Part shown: piece by piece, positions 1 through 12,251 of the stretch
How the letters are laid out: each line of letters opens with the position of its first letter
Numbering within the stretch: position 1 is the stretch's first letter
Assembly (NCBI RefSeq): GCF_006345805.1
Contig: NW_021835815.1
Span: 1-48,997, forward strand
Direction of reading: 5' to 3'
DNA length: 48,997 bases
Source: Octopus sinensis
Taxonomy: Eukaryota
Notes under the pieces: model-generated
Database searches by the model: none
Told to the model about the DNA's origin: nothing
The model's input: only the letters and a program-made list of their open reading frames with translations
Position numbers and translations under genes: made by a program

Positions 1-335
1 GATGAGGATGAATGAATGAACGAATGAAAATGTGGAAAGAAATTTAGATGAAAACGTCCTGGAACATGCATAAAAAAAGTAAAGAACTTGAGATTGAAGC
101 GATATATTTTAAAATATGTTTTACAAGGTGAAATGAATTTCGTACACACGCATACACACAAACAGACGCGCATGCATCCACGTGTGTATGAGTGTGTGTG
201 TGTGTGTGTGTGTGGTGTGTGTGTGTGTGTTTGTGTGTGTTGCAAATTCACTTAGGCATAGGGATATTAATAACCAGTTATTAGGTCTCCATGTGTATTC
301 AGAATAAAGCGTTGCTCGAATACAAAGCACTACAT

Positions 336-550
336 TGGTTTCAAATTTTGACACAAGGCCAGGAATTTTGAATGAGGTTGTAAGTTTATTATATTGACCC
401 CAGTAGTACTCAACTGGTATTTATTATATCGACCCCGAAATGATTAAAAGCAAATTCGACCTCTGCGGAATTTGAACTCAGAACGTAATGAAGAACGAAA
501 TACTGCTCAGTCCTTTGCATGACGCCATCGCGATTCTGCTAGTCGCCGCC
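336..550 (-). mobile_element. tRNA-derived SINE, family A (Meta-domain-like central region)
   Basis: On the minus strand: tRNA-like head GGCGGCGACTAGCAGAATCG... with B-box-like GAGTTCAAATTCC, then a central block resembling TTTGCCTTTCATCCTTTCGGGGTCGATAAATTAAGTACCAG, and tail ...CCTTGTGTCAAAATTTGAAACC. About 20 related copies occur in the window. The MetaSINE-domain resemblance is from recall, not a search. Confidence 0.8.
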
Positions 551-1394
551 CTGTACAGAGCATTATATAATTGAATTGAATGTTAGAGGGACAGTAATCA
601 CATTATTAACTTCATTAGCTTGCAGCCGTTTCTGTTATCAGAAGTAGTTCTGCTTGTGGATCTTTTAATAGCTTCTTCGGAACCTTTAAAATAAATTGTA
701 TGCTTATTTCGGAAAGTATTTAAATACATAGAAAAGGATACCCCCGAAACGATAAATATACATAAATAATGCCATATGGTTTGAAGAAGGAAAGTCACTC
801 CGTGCAATATACAGATGTCATGGTGGATTTATCCAGGAAATTTGATTGAAACAGATGTTACGATTATTGGGGATGAATATCAGTTGAAGATAGAGAAATA
901 GATGAAGGATATCATGGATAATCGGTTTATAATATTCTTATTTGTGATGGATTATGTAGGAAGTTAGCTATTCCATAGGCAAGAAGGAGGGCAATATTCG
1001 ATGACTATAATCAAGCAACATTCTTCAACCCTGTCACGCCATATTCCCGCTGTGGCAGTAACATGTTAAACGTCATCGCTGCCGGATTCCCGCTAAAGAG
1101 GTAATGAACAACACACGAAGAAAAAGAAGATGCTGTCGATTCTGTGCATTAATTTACCTGCAATCGTTTTTCTTGAGCTGTATATGCAACTATTTATCTT
1201 TTCGCTTAGGAGCCCAGGTGAATAGTATAGCTAGATATTGGGAAACTGGTCTGAGGGGGTTAAAAATGTTTTGTTAAAGAACGTAGAGCAGCGTCCATCA
1301 GCGTTTGCACTTTCAGAACCTCCAAGATTTGAGATAAGAATTAAGGGGGTTATTTACAAACTTGAGACCTGGTTTCTAACAGAGGAAAATCTGC

Positions 1395-1535
1395 TAATAG
1401 TACTCCACATTATTTACATTATCTACATTTGCTGGATATTTGTCTTCATCTTGTTTGTTGTTAACACAACGTCTTTGCTGATATACTTCCATCCTTCATC
1501 AGGTATCTTGGGGAAATTTCTCATTTCTAAGGTAT
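1395..1535 (-). mobile_element. Probable Penelope-like terminal-repeat fragment with degenerate hammerhead motif
   Basis: Minus strand reads CCTGATGAAGGATGGAAGTATATCAGCAAAGACGTTGTGTTAAC, i.e. CUGAUGA-A-stem-(GAAAC mutated)-GUU. Confidence 0.45.
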
Positions 1536-1540
1536 TTTTC

Positions 1541-1691
1541 CTTCTTCTTCTTCTTCTTCTTCTTCTTCTTCTTCTTCTTCTTCTTCTTCTTCTTCTTCTT
1601 CTTCTTCTTCTTCTCCTCCTCCTCCTCCTCCTACTTCTTCTTCGTCTTCTTCTTCTTCTTCTTCTTCTTCTTCTTCTTCTTCTTCTTCTTC
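1541..1691 (+). repeat. (CTT)n microsatellite
   Basis: Direct reading; it explains the poly-Leu run in ORF 1238..1753. Confidence 0.97.
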
Positions 1692-1769
1692 TAATCGACT
1701 CACCGCATCTCCAAAATTTCAGGCTTTATTCCCATCAAGGAAAGAAATATTGACCGATGTGGAATCTGC

Positions 1770-2490
1770 TTTATCGATTTCCCACCTTTCTCGCCAGAGA
1801 ATAAAGAAAAACAAAGTTGACATTGGAGAAATTTGAAATCAGAACACGTGGTGTCAAAACGGATACAGGTTCACGTCCGAAGCTCTAACGATACAGCCAA
1901 TGGACGAGGTGCACCACTTTATTTATCGTCCCAAGAAAAGATAGCAACAAAGTTAACCACGGTGTGATTTGAACTCAGAGCACAACGTATAAAAAATTTA
2001 TCGATTTACGTCCAAAGAACTAAAGATTGAGCCAATACGCTCCTATCGTACACTGATGGTCTTCCTCTTTCAACAATCCTTTTCTACTCAAGGCACAAAG
2101 CTTGAAATTTTGGGAGAGGATGCTAGACGATTACATCATCTCCAGTGCTTAATTGGTTCTTTATTTTATCGCCCTGAGAGAAAAAAAGGCAAAGTCGACC
2201 TCAACGGAATTTGAACTCAGAACGTAAAGACGGACGAAATGCCACTAAGTACTTTTGTCCGGTGTCCAAACGATTCTGCCAACTCGCCGGTTTCTTCCTC
2301 TTTCTAATGTCCCCTTTCTACTATATGCATAAGGCCTGAAATTTGGTGGGAGAGGCTTACTCGACTACATTGACCCCAGTGCTTAACTGGTACATATTTC
2401 ATCGACCCTGAAAGGATGGAAAGCAAAGCTAAACTAAAACGCTCCTCAGTATTTTGCGCGGCGTGCTAACGATTCCGCCAGCTCGCCACC
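1770..2490 (-). mobile_element. Cluster of four SINE family A copies (two degenerate)
   Basis: Recurrent GAATTTGAACTCAGAACG-like and TTTATCGACCCCGAAAGGATG-like motifs at ~1830, ~1965, ~2205 and ~2400. Confidence 0.75.
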
Positions 2491-2592
<102 letters not shown>

Positions 2593-2593
2593 T

Positions 2594-2953
2594 AACAAGA
2601 GCACTCAGAGAGCACAAACCTCCACCAAGGCAACACCAGTGTCCTCTCGATGATTAGCCAGAGATGATTTTTAAAATGAGAATATCTTAAATAAACTCAC
2701 AAATAAGAATACTAAAAATGAACCCAACCGCTCTCAGAAATTAAGTAAAAAAAAGAACAAGAAAAATAGTCCAGAATCCTTGTCCGGTACCAGATCGATC
2801 TCAAAATCTAACCAGTTTGTGCCATTCACGTGGTCAAACATCCCTGAAAATTTCCTCCGAATCTATCCATATCTTGAGATATCTTGTCCACGGTCTAACA
2901 AACAAAGAAACACGACTGAAAACAATACCTTTGCCTTCGTTAAGGCGAAGGTA
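2594..2953 (-). mobile_element. Non-autonomous Helentron-type (HINE/DINE-1-like) element
   Basis: One end is the palindrome TACCTTTGCCTT-cgtt-AAGGCGAAGGTA. The other end has a related subterminal repeat (ACCTCCACC) next to a hairpin and terminal CTTGTT (plus strand AACAAGAGCACTCAGAGAGCAC). A short (AAAC)n lies inside. This matches HINE architecture. Confidence 0.6.
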
Positions 2954-2962
2954 GTAATAGTA

Positions 2963-3596
2963 ATGGTTTCAAATTTTGTCACAATGGCAGAAATTTTGTG
3001 GGAGGGGATGAGTCGATAACAACGAACCCCAGATTTCAACTGCTACTTATTTTATTAACCGCCGAAAGGATGAAAAGTGAAGTCAATCTCGGCGGAATTT
3101 GAACTCAGAACGTAGAGAGAGGCTAAATACCTACTTCTTTACTACCCACAAGGGGCTAAACACAGAAAGGACAAAGAACGACAGACAAACGGATTAAGTC
3201 GATTATATCGACCCCAGTGCGTAACTGGTACTTATTTAATCGACCCCGAAAGGATGATAGGCAAAGTCGACCTCGGCGGAATTTGAACTCAGACGTAACG
3301 GCAGGCGAAATACCGCTAAGCATTTCATCCGGCGCGTTAACGATTCTGTCAGTTCCCCGACTTAATAATCTTTTCTATTCTAGGCACAAGGCCAGAAATT
3401 TTGGGAGAGGGGGCCAGACGATGAGATCGATTCCAGTACGCAGCTGGTATTTAATTTATCGACCCCGAAAGAATGAATTTGAACTCAGAATTTTAACTCA
3501 GAAGGTAGCGGCAGACGAAATACTGCTAAGCATTTCGCCCGGCGTGCTAACGATTCTGCCAGCTCGCCAATAATAGTAATAATAATAATAATGATG

Positions 3597-3667
<71 letters not shown>

Positions 3668-3879
3668 CCTTTCTACTGGAAGCACAAAGCCTCAAATTCG
3701 TGGGGGTGGGCTCTAGTCGATTATATCGACCCCCCAGTGTTTCACTGGTACTTATTTCATTGAACTCGATGGGATGAAAGGCAAAGTCGATCCCACTGGA
3801 ATTTGAACTCAGAACGCAGAAGCAGGCGAAATACTGCTAAGTATTTCGTCCGGCGTGCTAACGGTTCTGCCAGCTCGCC
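2963..3879 (-). mobile_element. Tandem array of four SINE family A copies with (TAA)n spacers
   Basis: Copies at ~2963-3131, 3132-3360, 3369-3568 and 3666-3879, all in the same orientation; (TAA)n at 3570-3666. Confidence 0.85.
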
Positions 3880-3902
3880 AATAATAATAATAATAATAAT
3901 AA

Positions 3903-4262
3903 TGCATCTCTGATCACGAGCAGAAGTAGTGGGGGAGCATCATAGCCATGTGTTGAGAGGGATTCCTTGGGGTTTGAATAATTCACCTCTGGAAACATGG
4001 CTGGTTCTTTCAACATCCTTAAACAACCCTTATTCAGGGACCTTTTGAGCGGGACGGGCTACTCAACCTGAAGAAAATTCTAACTGGGCCCCACCTGCAA
4101 GGTCATGTGCTGTTTATCTTGATATGAGATCACTATGTCGCGCACATATGGTAGTGATGCATGTGCCTGGTGTACCCTTACGGTTAGTCATGATGGGTAT
4201 ATTGGGCTTCGTATATTTTACCCCAGTGTCACTTTGATGGCATGCACTGCTCTCTCACACAA
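3903..4262 (+). mobile_element. (TAA)n-flanked dispersed repeat, probable LINE 3' UTR (R4/Dong-like)
   Basis: Similar to 7938-8305 and, inverted, to 6375-6482. It ends ...GCACTGCTCTCTCAAC-like directly into (TAA)n. Confidence 0.6.
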
Positions 4263-4279
4263 AAATAATAATAATAATA

Positions 4280-4321
<42 letters not shown>

Positions 4322-4322
4322 T

Positions 4323-4536
4323 AATTTCTATTGTAGGGATGAGGACTAAAATCTGGTGGAGGGGGGCTATTCGATTACATCGATTCCAGTGCTCAACTGA
4401 CAGTTTACCCCATCGACCGCCAAAGGGTGGAAGGAAAACATCAACCTCGGCAGAATTTGAACTCAGAACGTAAAGTCGAACGAAATACCGCTAAACATCT
4501 TGTTCGGCGTGCTAACCATTCTACCAACTCGCCGCC
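4323..4536 (-). mobile_element. SINE family A copy
   Basis: Contains GAATTTGAACTCAGAACGTAAAG...AATACCGCTAAAC...CTCGCCGCC. Confidence 0.8.
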
Positions 4537-5057
4537 ATATTCTTCTTTCTCGTATCAATATACTTTTCTCTCCATTTATGCTTCCATCTTGTCTTTCCTC
4601 CATCCTTATTTTATATTTATATATGTATATTTATATTTCATACTTTTATTTTTTTATTTCTAATTATTATTTTTTTTAAATATTTTTTTCCTTTTTGTTT
4701 TATTTATTTTATTTTATTTTTTTTTGTTCCGTGTTCTCGTTGACTCGCTTCGTTATTGTCCAATTATCATTCGCCATGTTATTGTTACAATTTCATGGCT
4801 GGATAAGAGGCGGAGTAGGTGTACGTGTGGTGCTACTGATAGACCTGGGGTTGTGTGTGTGTGTGCGTGTGTGGGGGTAGAGGGGGTAGGTGTAAAACCT
4901 GCAATGGGCGTGACGCACAAATTATAACGAGCAGGGGGGAAGAAGTAGGGAAGGGGGGTTGAAAGAGTATTGTTTAATATCTTTTCTGTTTCATTTTTTA
5001 TTTTTGTTTTTATTTTTCATTTGACACGAAGAAACAAGTTCAGCGATAACACTCCGC

Positions 5058-5088
<31 letters not shown>

Positions 5089-5126
5089 AGCATACATATA
5101 CATATATACACAAACACAAACACACA

Positions 5127-5171
<45 letters not shown>

Positions 5172-5204
5172 ATATATATATATATATATTATATATATAT
5201 GTAT

Positions 5205-6029
5205 ACTGGGTGCGGTAATAAACTGTCGTCTAAATTACGCAAAAACGAAAATAACACTGACATCTCATTTTAACAGACATATTTACCAAAATTACATAAA
5301 AATATCTTGAAATACTAAAGAGTGAATTTATTTAATAAAGTCGCCATTGGCTTCAACCACGGCCTCTAGAAGGCGTTAGAATTTTCTGCAACTCCTCTGG
5401 ACGGTCACCTTGTTTAAGTTGGTGAATACTGCCAAAATCCTTGCCTTCAGTTCATCTTTAGTGTTACAAAGTGTTTTGTTGGTCTCCCGCTCAACTGCAC
5501 CCCACTCATAAAATTCAAGGGGTTAGGTAACCAGAATTTGGGAGTGTTGTGGTCGCAGAAATTATCTGGCAGCCATGACTAGGTTCTCCTGCTTCTGTGG
5601 GATGGTGCAGAGTCCTGTTGGCAGATATGGGATCTTCCAAAAGCCATCCTCGTAAACCACGGCATCACTTGATGTAGGCCTCCGTGATGAGTTTGAGACC
5701 ATCACTACTGATCACTCCAAACACCAATATGTTGACTGTCTTTTTTTATTTCTATCACTCTCGGCACATGTCCTCGGATTGTACTGTCCTGAGATTGACA
5801 CACAAACACTTTGAAATGTCCATATTGAAGCTTCCGGCGCGAATGCCAAGTAACACAGCATGTCTTTTCCAAATTTGCAGCAGAGTGAATGACGTCATCG
5901 TGCTGTTTTTCTCACAGGCGGTACCCAACTGACTCTACTATACTGTGTAGTCGACGAAATCAAAAACAAGCAACGCTTATGAGCGAAATTAAAAATATAG
6001 AATAGAGACAATTTACCCATTGCCTCTTG
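5205..6029 (-). mobile_element. Internally deleted Tc1/mariner-superfamily transposon (maT/DD37D-like relic)
   Basis: Minus-strand translation gives WQQDSAPSH...AVERETNKTLCNTKDELKARI...LEAVVEANGDFIK*, a transposase C-terminus. Degenerate TIR-like ends sit in TA-rich flanks. Confidence 0.7.
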
Positions 6030-6051
6030 TATACATACATACATACATACA

Positions 6052-6087
<36 letters not shown>

Positions 6088-6237
6088 TATATATATTATA
6101 TATATATATATAAAAGCACACGAGTGTATACGTATATATATATGTGTGTATGTATATTTGTGTATGTGTGCTTGCTTGCGTGTGTGTGTGTGCGTGCGTC
6201 CCTGTGTGTGTGTGTATATGTGTGCGTGTGTGTGTGT

Positions 6238-6375
6238 GCGGCTGTATGGTAAAAAGCTTGTTTCCCAACAAAATGGTTGAGAGATCAATTCCACTGCGTG
6301 GCACCTTGGACAAGTGACTTGTATTTCAGCGTCCGGGCCTAACAAGGCCTCTTGAGGGAATTTTGCAGACGGAAA
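6238..6375 (+). mobile_element. SINE family B, 5' part
   Basis: GGCTGTATGGTAAAAAGCTTG...CCACTGCGTGGCACCTTGGACAAGTG, homologous to the copy at 8761. Confidence 0.7.
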
Positions 6376-6972
6376 CCCATGTTTCCAAAGGTGAATTATC
6401 TAAACCTCTAAGAATTCCTTTCAACACACGGCTATGATGCTGCCCCACTACATTTGCTTGTGATCAGAGATGCACATATCGTGATATATATGGTATATAT
6501 ATGACAGGCTTCTCTCAGTTTCCTCTCACAAATCATTTTTCTGCCTGCGGCTGTAGCACAAGAAACTTACACAAGGTTCCATGCATTAGGATTGAACCCG
6601 GCACCATGGCTTAGGGAGCAAGCTTCTTACCACACAGTCATGGCCACATTGACCACTTTGTATTATCCATATATTACGTACATATATATATATTTCTTTA
6701 TGCATATTAAATTTTGTTTTTCAGTTTATATTTTTCAATGGCTCTCATTGTAGCTGTTATTAGTTGTATAAAAGATGGCTGTTGATTATATGGAAAGATA
6801 ACAGGGAGAACTGGTCTCCTTCAGGGCTGCTTCTTGAATTAATTGGAGTATAAAATTAATAAAGTATAGCTCGAAGCTAATGAGATGTTTGTTAAACGCT
6901 GATGAGAGGTTTCAAGCAGGGACAGAACAGACAACAAAAGAAATAAGGAAAAAAAAATCTGAATGATCAAAA

Positions 6973-6973
<1 letters not shown>

Positions 6974-7039
<66 letters not shown>

Positions 7040-7211
7040 TAATAATAATGATAACAACAACAACAACAACAACAGCAACAATAATGATGATGATGATGAT
7101 GATGATGATGACAATAATAATAATAATAATACTAATAATAACAACAACAACAACAATAATGATGATGATGATGATGATGATGATGATGTAATAATAATAA
7201 TAATAATAATG

Positions 7212-7246
<35 letters not shown>

Positions 7247-7374
7247 TAATAATAATAATAATAATAATATGATGATGATGATGATAATAATAATAATAAT
7301 AATAATGATAATAATATAATAATAATAATAATAATAATATAATAATAAAAATAATAATAATGATGATGATGATG

Positions 7375-7439
<65 letters not shown>
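6974..7439 (+). repeat. Compound (AAT)/(AAC)/(GAT) trinucleotide microsatellite
   Basis: Direct reading. Confidence 0.97.
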
Positions 7440-7440
<1 letters not shown>

Positions 7441-7511
7441 CCCTGATGCAGTACCAGGCAGTGGCTTTCGTGGCTTCTCATTTTAAATGATGGGAAGTGT
7501 TATCCTGTACT

Positions 7512-7835
7512 CTGTTTAATAATCATATGATCTTGAAAGATTGTCACAAACAACACAAAAAATTGTCGATAACCTGGATAGACTATAAAAAAAGCTTTTG
7601 ATTGTCTAGCACATAGGTGGATTAAGAAATGTCTGGAAATGTATAAAATAACACCTACTCTGTGAAACTTCTTGTCTATAAGTATGAGATCATGGAGACC
7701 GACTCTGACTTTGAACAGTGACAATGAATCTCTCAATGCTGGAGATGTAAGAATTTCATGTGGCATTTTCCAGGGTGACTCACTATCACCACTCCTCTTT
7801 TGCCTAGCCTTAATACCTCTCTCGAAATTGCTCAT
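7512..7835 (+). pseudogene. Reverse transcriptase fragment of an R4/Dong-like (RLE-class) non-LTR retrotransposon
   Basis: Translates as WIDYKKAFD...HRWIKKCLEMYK...CGIFQGDSLSPLLFCLALIPLSKLL, with an internal stop. Confidence 0.88.
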
Positions 7836-8305
7836 AAAAGATGAACTACAGCAAATATTCTGTGCAATACTAGAGATTTGCTTGTCAGCCGTTTGACCTT
7901 AACCGGTTGAGCATGTCCCTTAGTGACCGACAATATGTGCATCTCTGATCACGAAGCAGAAGTAGTGGGGAATCATCATAGCCATGCGTTGAGAAGAATT
8001 CTTTGGGGTTTGAATAATTCACGTCTGGTAACATGGGTGTTTTGTTCGCCATCCTTAAACAAACCTAATTCAAGGACCTTTTGTGCGGGATGGGCTTCCT
8101 GTCCTGAACAAAATCATAATTTTGCCCTATCTGAAAGGTCGTGCGCTATTTATCTTGATATGAGATCACCATGTCACGCACATATGGTTGTGATGCATGT
8201 GCCTGGTGTACTCTTATCAGACGGGTAGTCATGATGGGTATATTGAGTTTCGTATATTTGTACCCCAGTGTCCCTTTCTTGGTATGCACTGTTCTCTCTC
8301 TCATT
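7836..8305 (+). mobile_element. Longer copy of the (TAA)n-associated repeat (probable R4/Dong-like 3' UTR)
   Basis: Homologous to 3903-4262 and directly abuts the RT fragment. Confidence 0.6.
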
Positions 8306-8387
8306 AATAGTGATCATAATACGAAGAAGAAGACAACCACAACAATAACAACAATACTAATAAACTACAAGAAAAATAATAATTTTT

Positions 8388-8600
8388 CTCTATTATTAGA
8401 GACAAGGACTGAATTTTACAGGAAGGAGGTGAGTGGATTACGCGAACTCCATTGCTCAACTGGTACTTATTTTATCGTTTCTGAAACGATGGAAGGCGAT
8501 GTTGACCTCGTCGGATTTTGAACTGAGAACGTAAAGGGCCGAAAGAAATGCCGCGAAGTATTTCGTCAGGTGTGCTAACGATTCTGCCAGCTCACCGCCA
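8388..8600 (-). mobile_element. SINE family A copy
   Basis: Contains CAACTGGTACTTATTTTATCG...GCTAACGATTCTGCCAGCTCACCGCC. Confidence 0.8.
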
Positions 8601-8760
8601 ATAATAATACTACTTCAAACTTTAGCAAAAACATTACATCAACTTCACCCCTCCCCCCTCGTATATGACTTACTTCTTTCTTAACGATGCTGAAAGGAAA
8701 ATAAGCAAAGGCGATCGCTTTGGTATATGAACTCAGAGCGTAAAAAACTGGAAATAAAAA

Positions 8761-8923
8761 GGCGCAGGAGTGGCAGTGTGGTAAGTAGCTTGCTTACCAA
8801 GAACATGGTTCCGGGTTCAGTCCCACTGCATGGCACCTTGGGCAAGTGTCTTCCACTATAGCCTCGGGTCGACCTAAGTCTTGTGAGTGGATTTGGTAGA
8901 CGGAAACTGAAAGAAGCCCGTCG

Positions 8924-8985
<62 letters not shown>

Positions 8986-9207
8986 TATGTATGTGTATAT
9001 GTATGTGTGTCTCTGTCCCCCAACATCGCTTGATAACCGATGCCGGTGTGTTTACGTCCAGGTAATTTAGCGGCTTGGCGAAAGAGCCCGATAGAAAAAG
9101 TGGTAGTCTTACAAAGATAAGTACTGGGGTCAATTTGCTCGACTAATGGTGGTGCTCCAGCATGGCCGCAGTCAAATGACTGAAACAAGTAAAACAGTAA
9201 AAGAGTA
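8761..9207 (+). mobile_element. Full-length tRNA-derived SINE family B with internal microsatellite
   Basis: Head GGCGCAGGAGTGGCAGTGTGGTAAG...GGGTTCAGTCCC (A/B-box-like), then CCTTGGGCAAGTG, internal (TA)n(TG)n, and tail GGTGCTCCAGCATGGCCGCAGTCAAATGACTGAAACAAGTAAAA. Confidence 0.88.
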
Positions 9208-9379
9208 AGCATTTTGTCCGACCCGCTAAAGATTCGATCAGCTCTTAGAGAGAGAACGAGTGAAAGAAAGAGAAAGGGAGAAGAGAAAAAGAAAGAGAGA
9301 AGGAGTAATAAAGAGAAAGAGATAAATAAAGAGAAAAGAGAAAGAGAGAGAGGGGGATACAGAGGATGCTATAATTACT

Positions 9380-9562
9380 CCATGTAATCAATGTTGTCTG
9401 AACATGTGCGCGTTGTGCCATGTGACAGGGGTCGAAATGATGGCAGAAAGCAACGTGTGATGAAGTGCTTTGTTAATGAAGACGATGTACTGCTCGGTCT
9501 GGGAATCGAACCCACGGTCTTGCGATCTTGCGTGCCACACCCTAACCACTACACCATGCGAT
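9380..9562 (-). mobile_element. tRNA-derived SINE family C copy (diverged)
   Basis: Minus strand TGGTGTAGTGGTTAGGGTG...GGGTTCGATTCCC (A and B boxes), followed by a CORE-like segment. Confidence 0.65.
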
Positions 9563-9565
9563 CTC

Positions 9566-9911
9566 ACATACATACATACTTACATTAAATACATGCATAT
9601 ACTCATGTAAGCATACACATCCGAACACAACGTATCCAACCATCCGGTCATACATACATACATATACATGCATACATATGTACATACATGCATACATACA
9701 AATGTAGATACATATATACATCCATTCATATACAGATACATACATATACAGGCTTACATAGATACATACATAGATACATACATATACAGACACAAACATA
9801 CATACAAAGACATACATATATACATACATACACATGCATGCATACATACGTACATACATACATACATACATACATACATACATACATACATACAAAGACA
9901 TACATACATAC

Positions 9912-9942
<31 letters not shown>

Positions 9943-9986
9943 CATACATACAAAGACATACATACATACATACATACATACATACA

Positions 9987-10018
<32 letters not shown>

Positions 10019-10620
10019 CAGATACAAACACACATACATGCCCACATATCTACATACAGTACTTCACATCTGTTTTCTCTTGCTGTAAATAACGTCCACC
10101 GTTTGTTTGCGTGTTTGTTTACGTCGGGCCTGACTGATAACCGGGATTAATCTCCAAACACTAGACGTTAATGACACACCATATGTATGCCACACTGGCA
10201 CTGAATAACTCAGCAACATACACACACACATACATATATGCATGCATGCATACATACATACGAACACATAGAGACATACCGACATGCATACACACAGTCG
10301 CACGGTCACACAAACACATATATGTGTAAATTTTATTTACACACATACTTATACGATAACATTCGTGCATTAATAGTTATACTTGTATACATAAATACAT
10401 ATGTGTATATATATATATACATATATATATATATGAATATATATATATTTATGTATGTATGTTTATATATATATATGTATAGAAATGCATATATATATTT
10501 ATACATATATGCGTTTATGTATATATATGTATGTATATATATATATGTGTGTATATGTGTGCGTGTGTGTATGCATATATAGATATTATAAATATATATA
10601 TATAATATATATATAATATA

Positions 10621-10660
<40 letters not shown>

Positions 10661-10824
10661 ATACATATGTATGTATTATCTATAATATATTAGGCAAAAA
10701 TTTTTGGGGGAAAATATGTTTGCTGTATATAATATATATACATATAATGTATATCATAATATATATATGTAATATATGTATATATTATCTATATATATAT
10801 ATATATATATAGATATATATATAT

Positions 10825-10859
<35 letters not shown>

Positions 10860-10865
10860 TATCTA
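9566..10865 (+). repeat. (ACAT)n and (TA)n microsatellite tract
   Basis: Direct reading; source of the many YIHT/MYVC pseudo-ORFs. Confidence 0.95.
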
Positions 10866-11213
10866 TACGCACACGCATACACCCATATACACATATTTAA
10901 CCACACATACACAATTGTTCTCGAATGTTCTTATGTTCTTTGACGCTTTTAGTGTCTTTGATTCTTTGATTTGATACTCCCAGTGAAGAGGAAAACATGT
11001 CTGCTTATTCGTGACCCTCTCTACAACCTGACGCCATTCTTAATCCCTCCCAACGTGCTTTTGCATGGTTAGATAATGATACGTTTAACACACTAACCAA
11101 CAGCTGGGCTTTTCAACATCATTCTCTTTAGATATATCACACCATATATATATATATATATATATACGTACATGCATACATTCACATACAAACGTATATA
11201 TATATATATATAG

Positions 11214-11625
11214 GGCGTAGGTGTGGCTGCGTCGTAAGTACTTTGTTTTTCAACTACGTGGTTCTGGGTTCAGTCCCACTGTGATAACTTGGACGTATGC
11301 CTTCTACTATAGCCTCGGGCTAAAAAATCCTAGTGTGTAGATGTGGTTGACAGGTCGACGGAATCCGATAGAAGCCCGTCGTATATACATGAGTGTGTGT
11401 TTGTATAAGGTGTGTGCGCGCGCGCGCGCGCGTGTGTGTGTGTATTTGTGCACCATCACGACTTGTCAATCGGTGTTGGTGTGAGCATGTCCCCGTCACT
11501 TAGCGTTCCTGCAAAGAAACCGATTTGAATGAGTGCCAGACATTAAAAAAAAATAGTACTACGGTCGATTAATTCGACAAAAAACTCCTCAAGGCGGTGC
11601 CCCAACATGGCTGCAGTCTAATGAA
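11214..11625 (+). mobile_element. SINE family B copy
   Basis: Head, GAAGCCCGTCGTAT, internal (TG)/(CG) repeat and GGCGGTGCCCCAACATGGCTGCAGTCTAATGA tail. Confidence 0.82.
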
Positions 11626-11969
11626 TGATTAATGACTTGTAGGTACACGGCATTTCGTTATGCAAACATAATATGCTACAAGGCGTATTAATCATTTTTT
11701 TTTATATGTCAATACCGAGTACAAGTGTGTAGGCAGTGCGCTTCACATTACCTTTTTAGGTTGTCGCTACTGATTTTCTACAGAAACATATTGTCAGCTC
11801 TGATTTTGTTTCGAGATGTCTCGGATATGAAACGTCGTAGCAATATAAGTGTCGAGTAGAATTTCTATAGATTATCTGTAATGACAACTTTAATATCTAA
11901 TGAATGAAGCAAGCTAAAGATATAGCTCTTTTGCTCTGTCCGTCTCTGTCTGTCTGTCTGTCTCTTTCT

Positions 11970-12010
<41 letters not shown>

Positions 12011-12082
12011 ATATATATATATACCTCATAGATATATATATATATATATATATAATATTATATATATATACACACACTCATA

Positions 12083-12189
<107 letters not shown>

Positions 12190-12251
12190 AAAGAAACAAA
12201 CAAATGGAAGAACGTAACAGGCGACAACAAAACATCCGGACAGTTAGGGTT

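Noticed and set aside
600-1230. Unique-looking sequence that might be a coding relic
   Set aside because: The frames examined contain frequent stops and no family motif was recognised.
1238-1753. 171-aa hydrophobic ORF
   Set aside because: It is built from a repeat fragment plus (CTT)n poly-Leu.
8761-8830. tRNA genes at SINE heads (also 26140-26215, 37300-37360, 43448-43500)
   Set aside because: A/B boxes are present but there is no complete cloverleaf, and most continue directly into recognisable SINE body sequence.
9542-10150. Long ORFs (YIHT/MYVC repeats) here and at 12934-13843 and 28272-29744
   Set aside because: They are translations of (ACAT)n, (TA)n and (GATA)n microsatellites.
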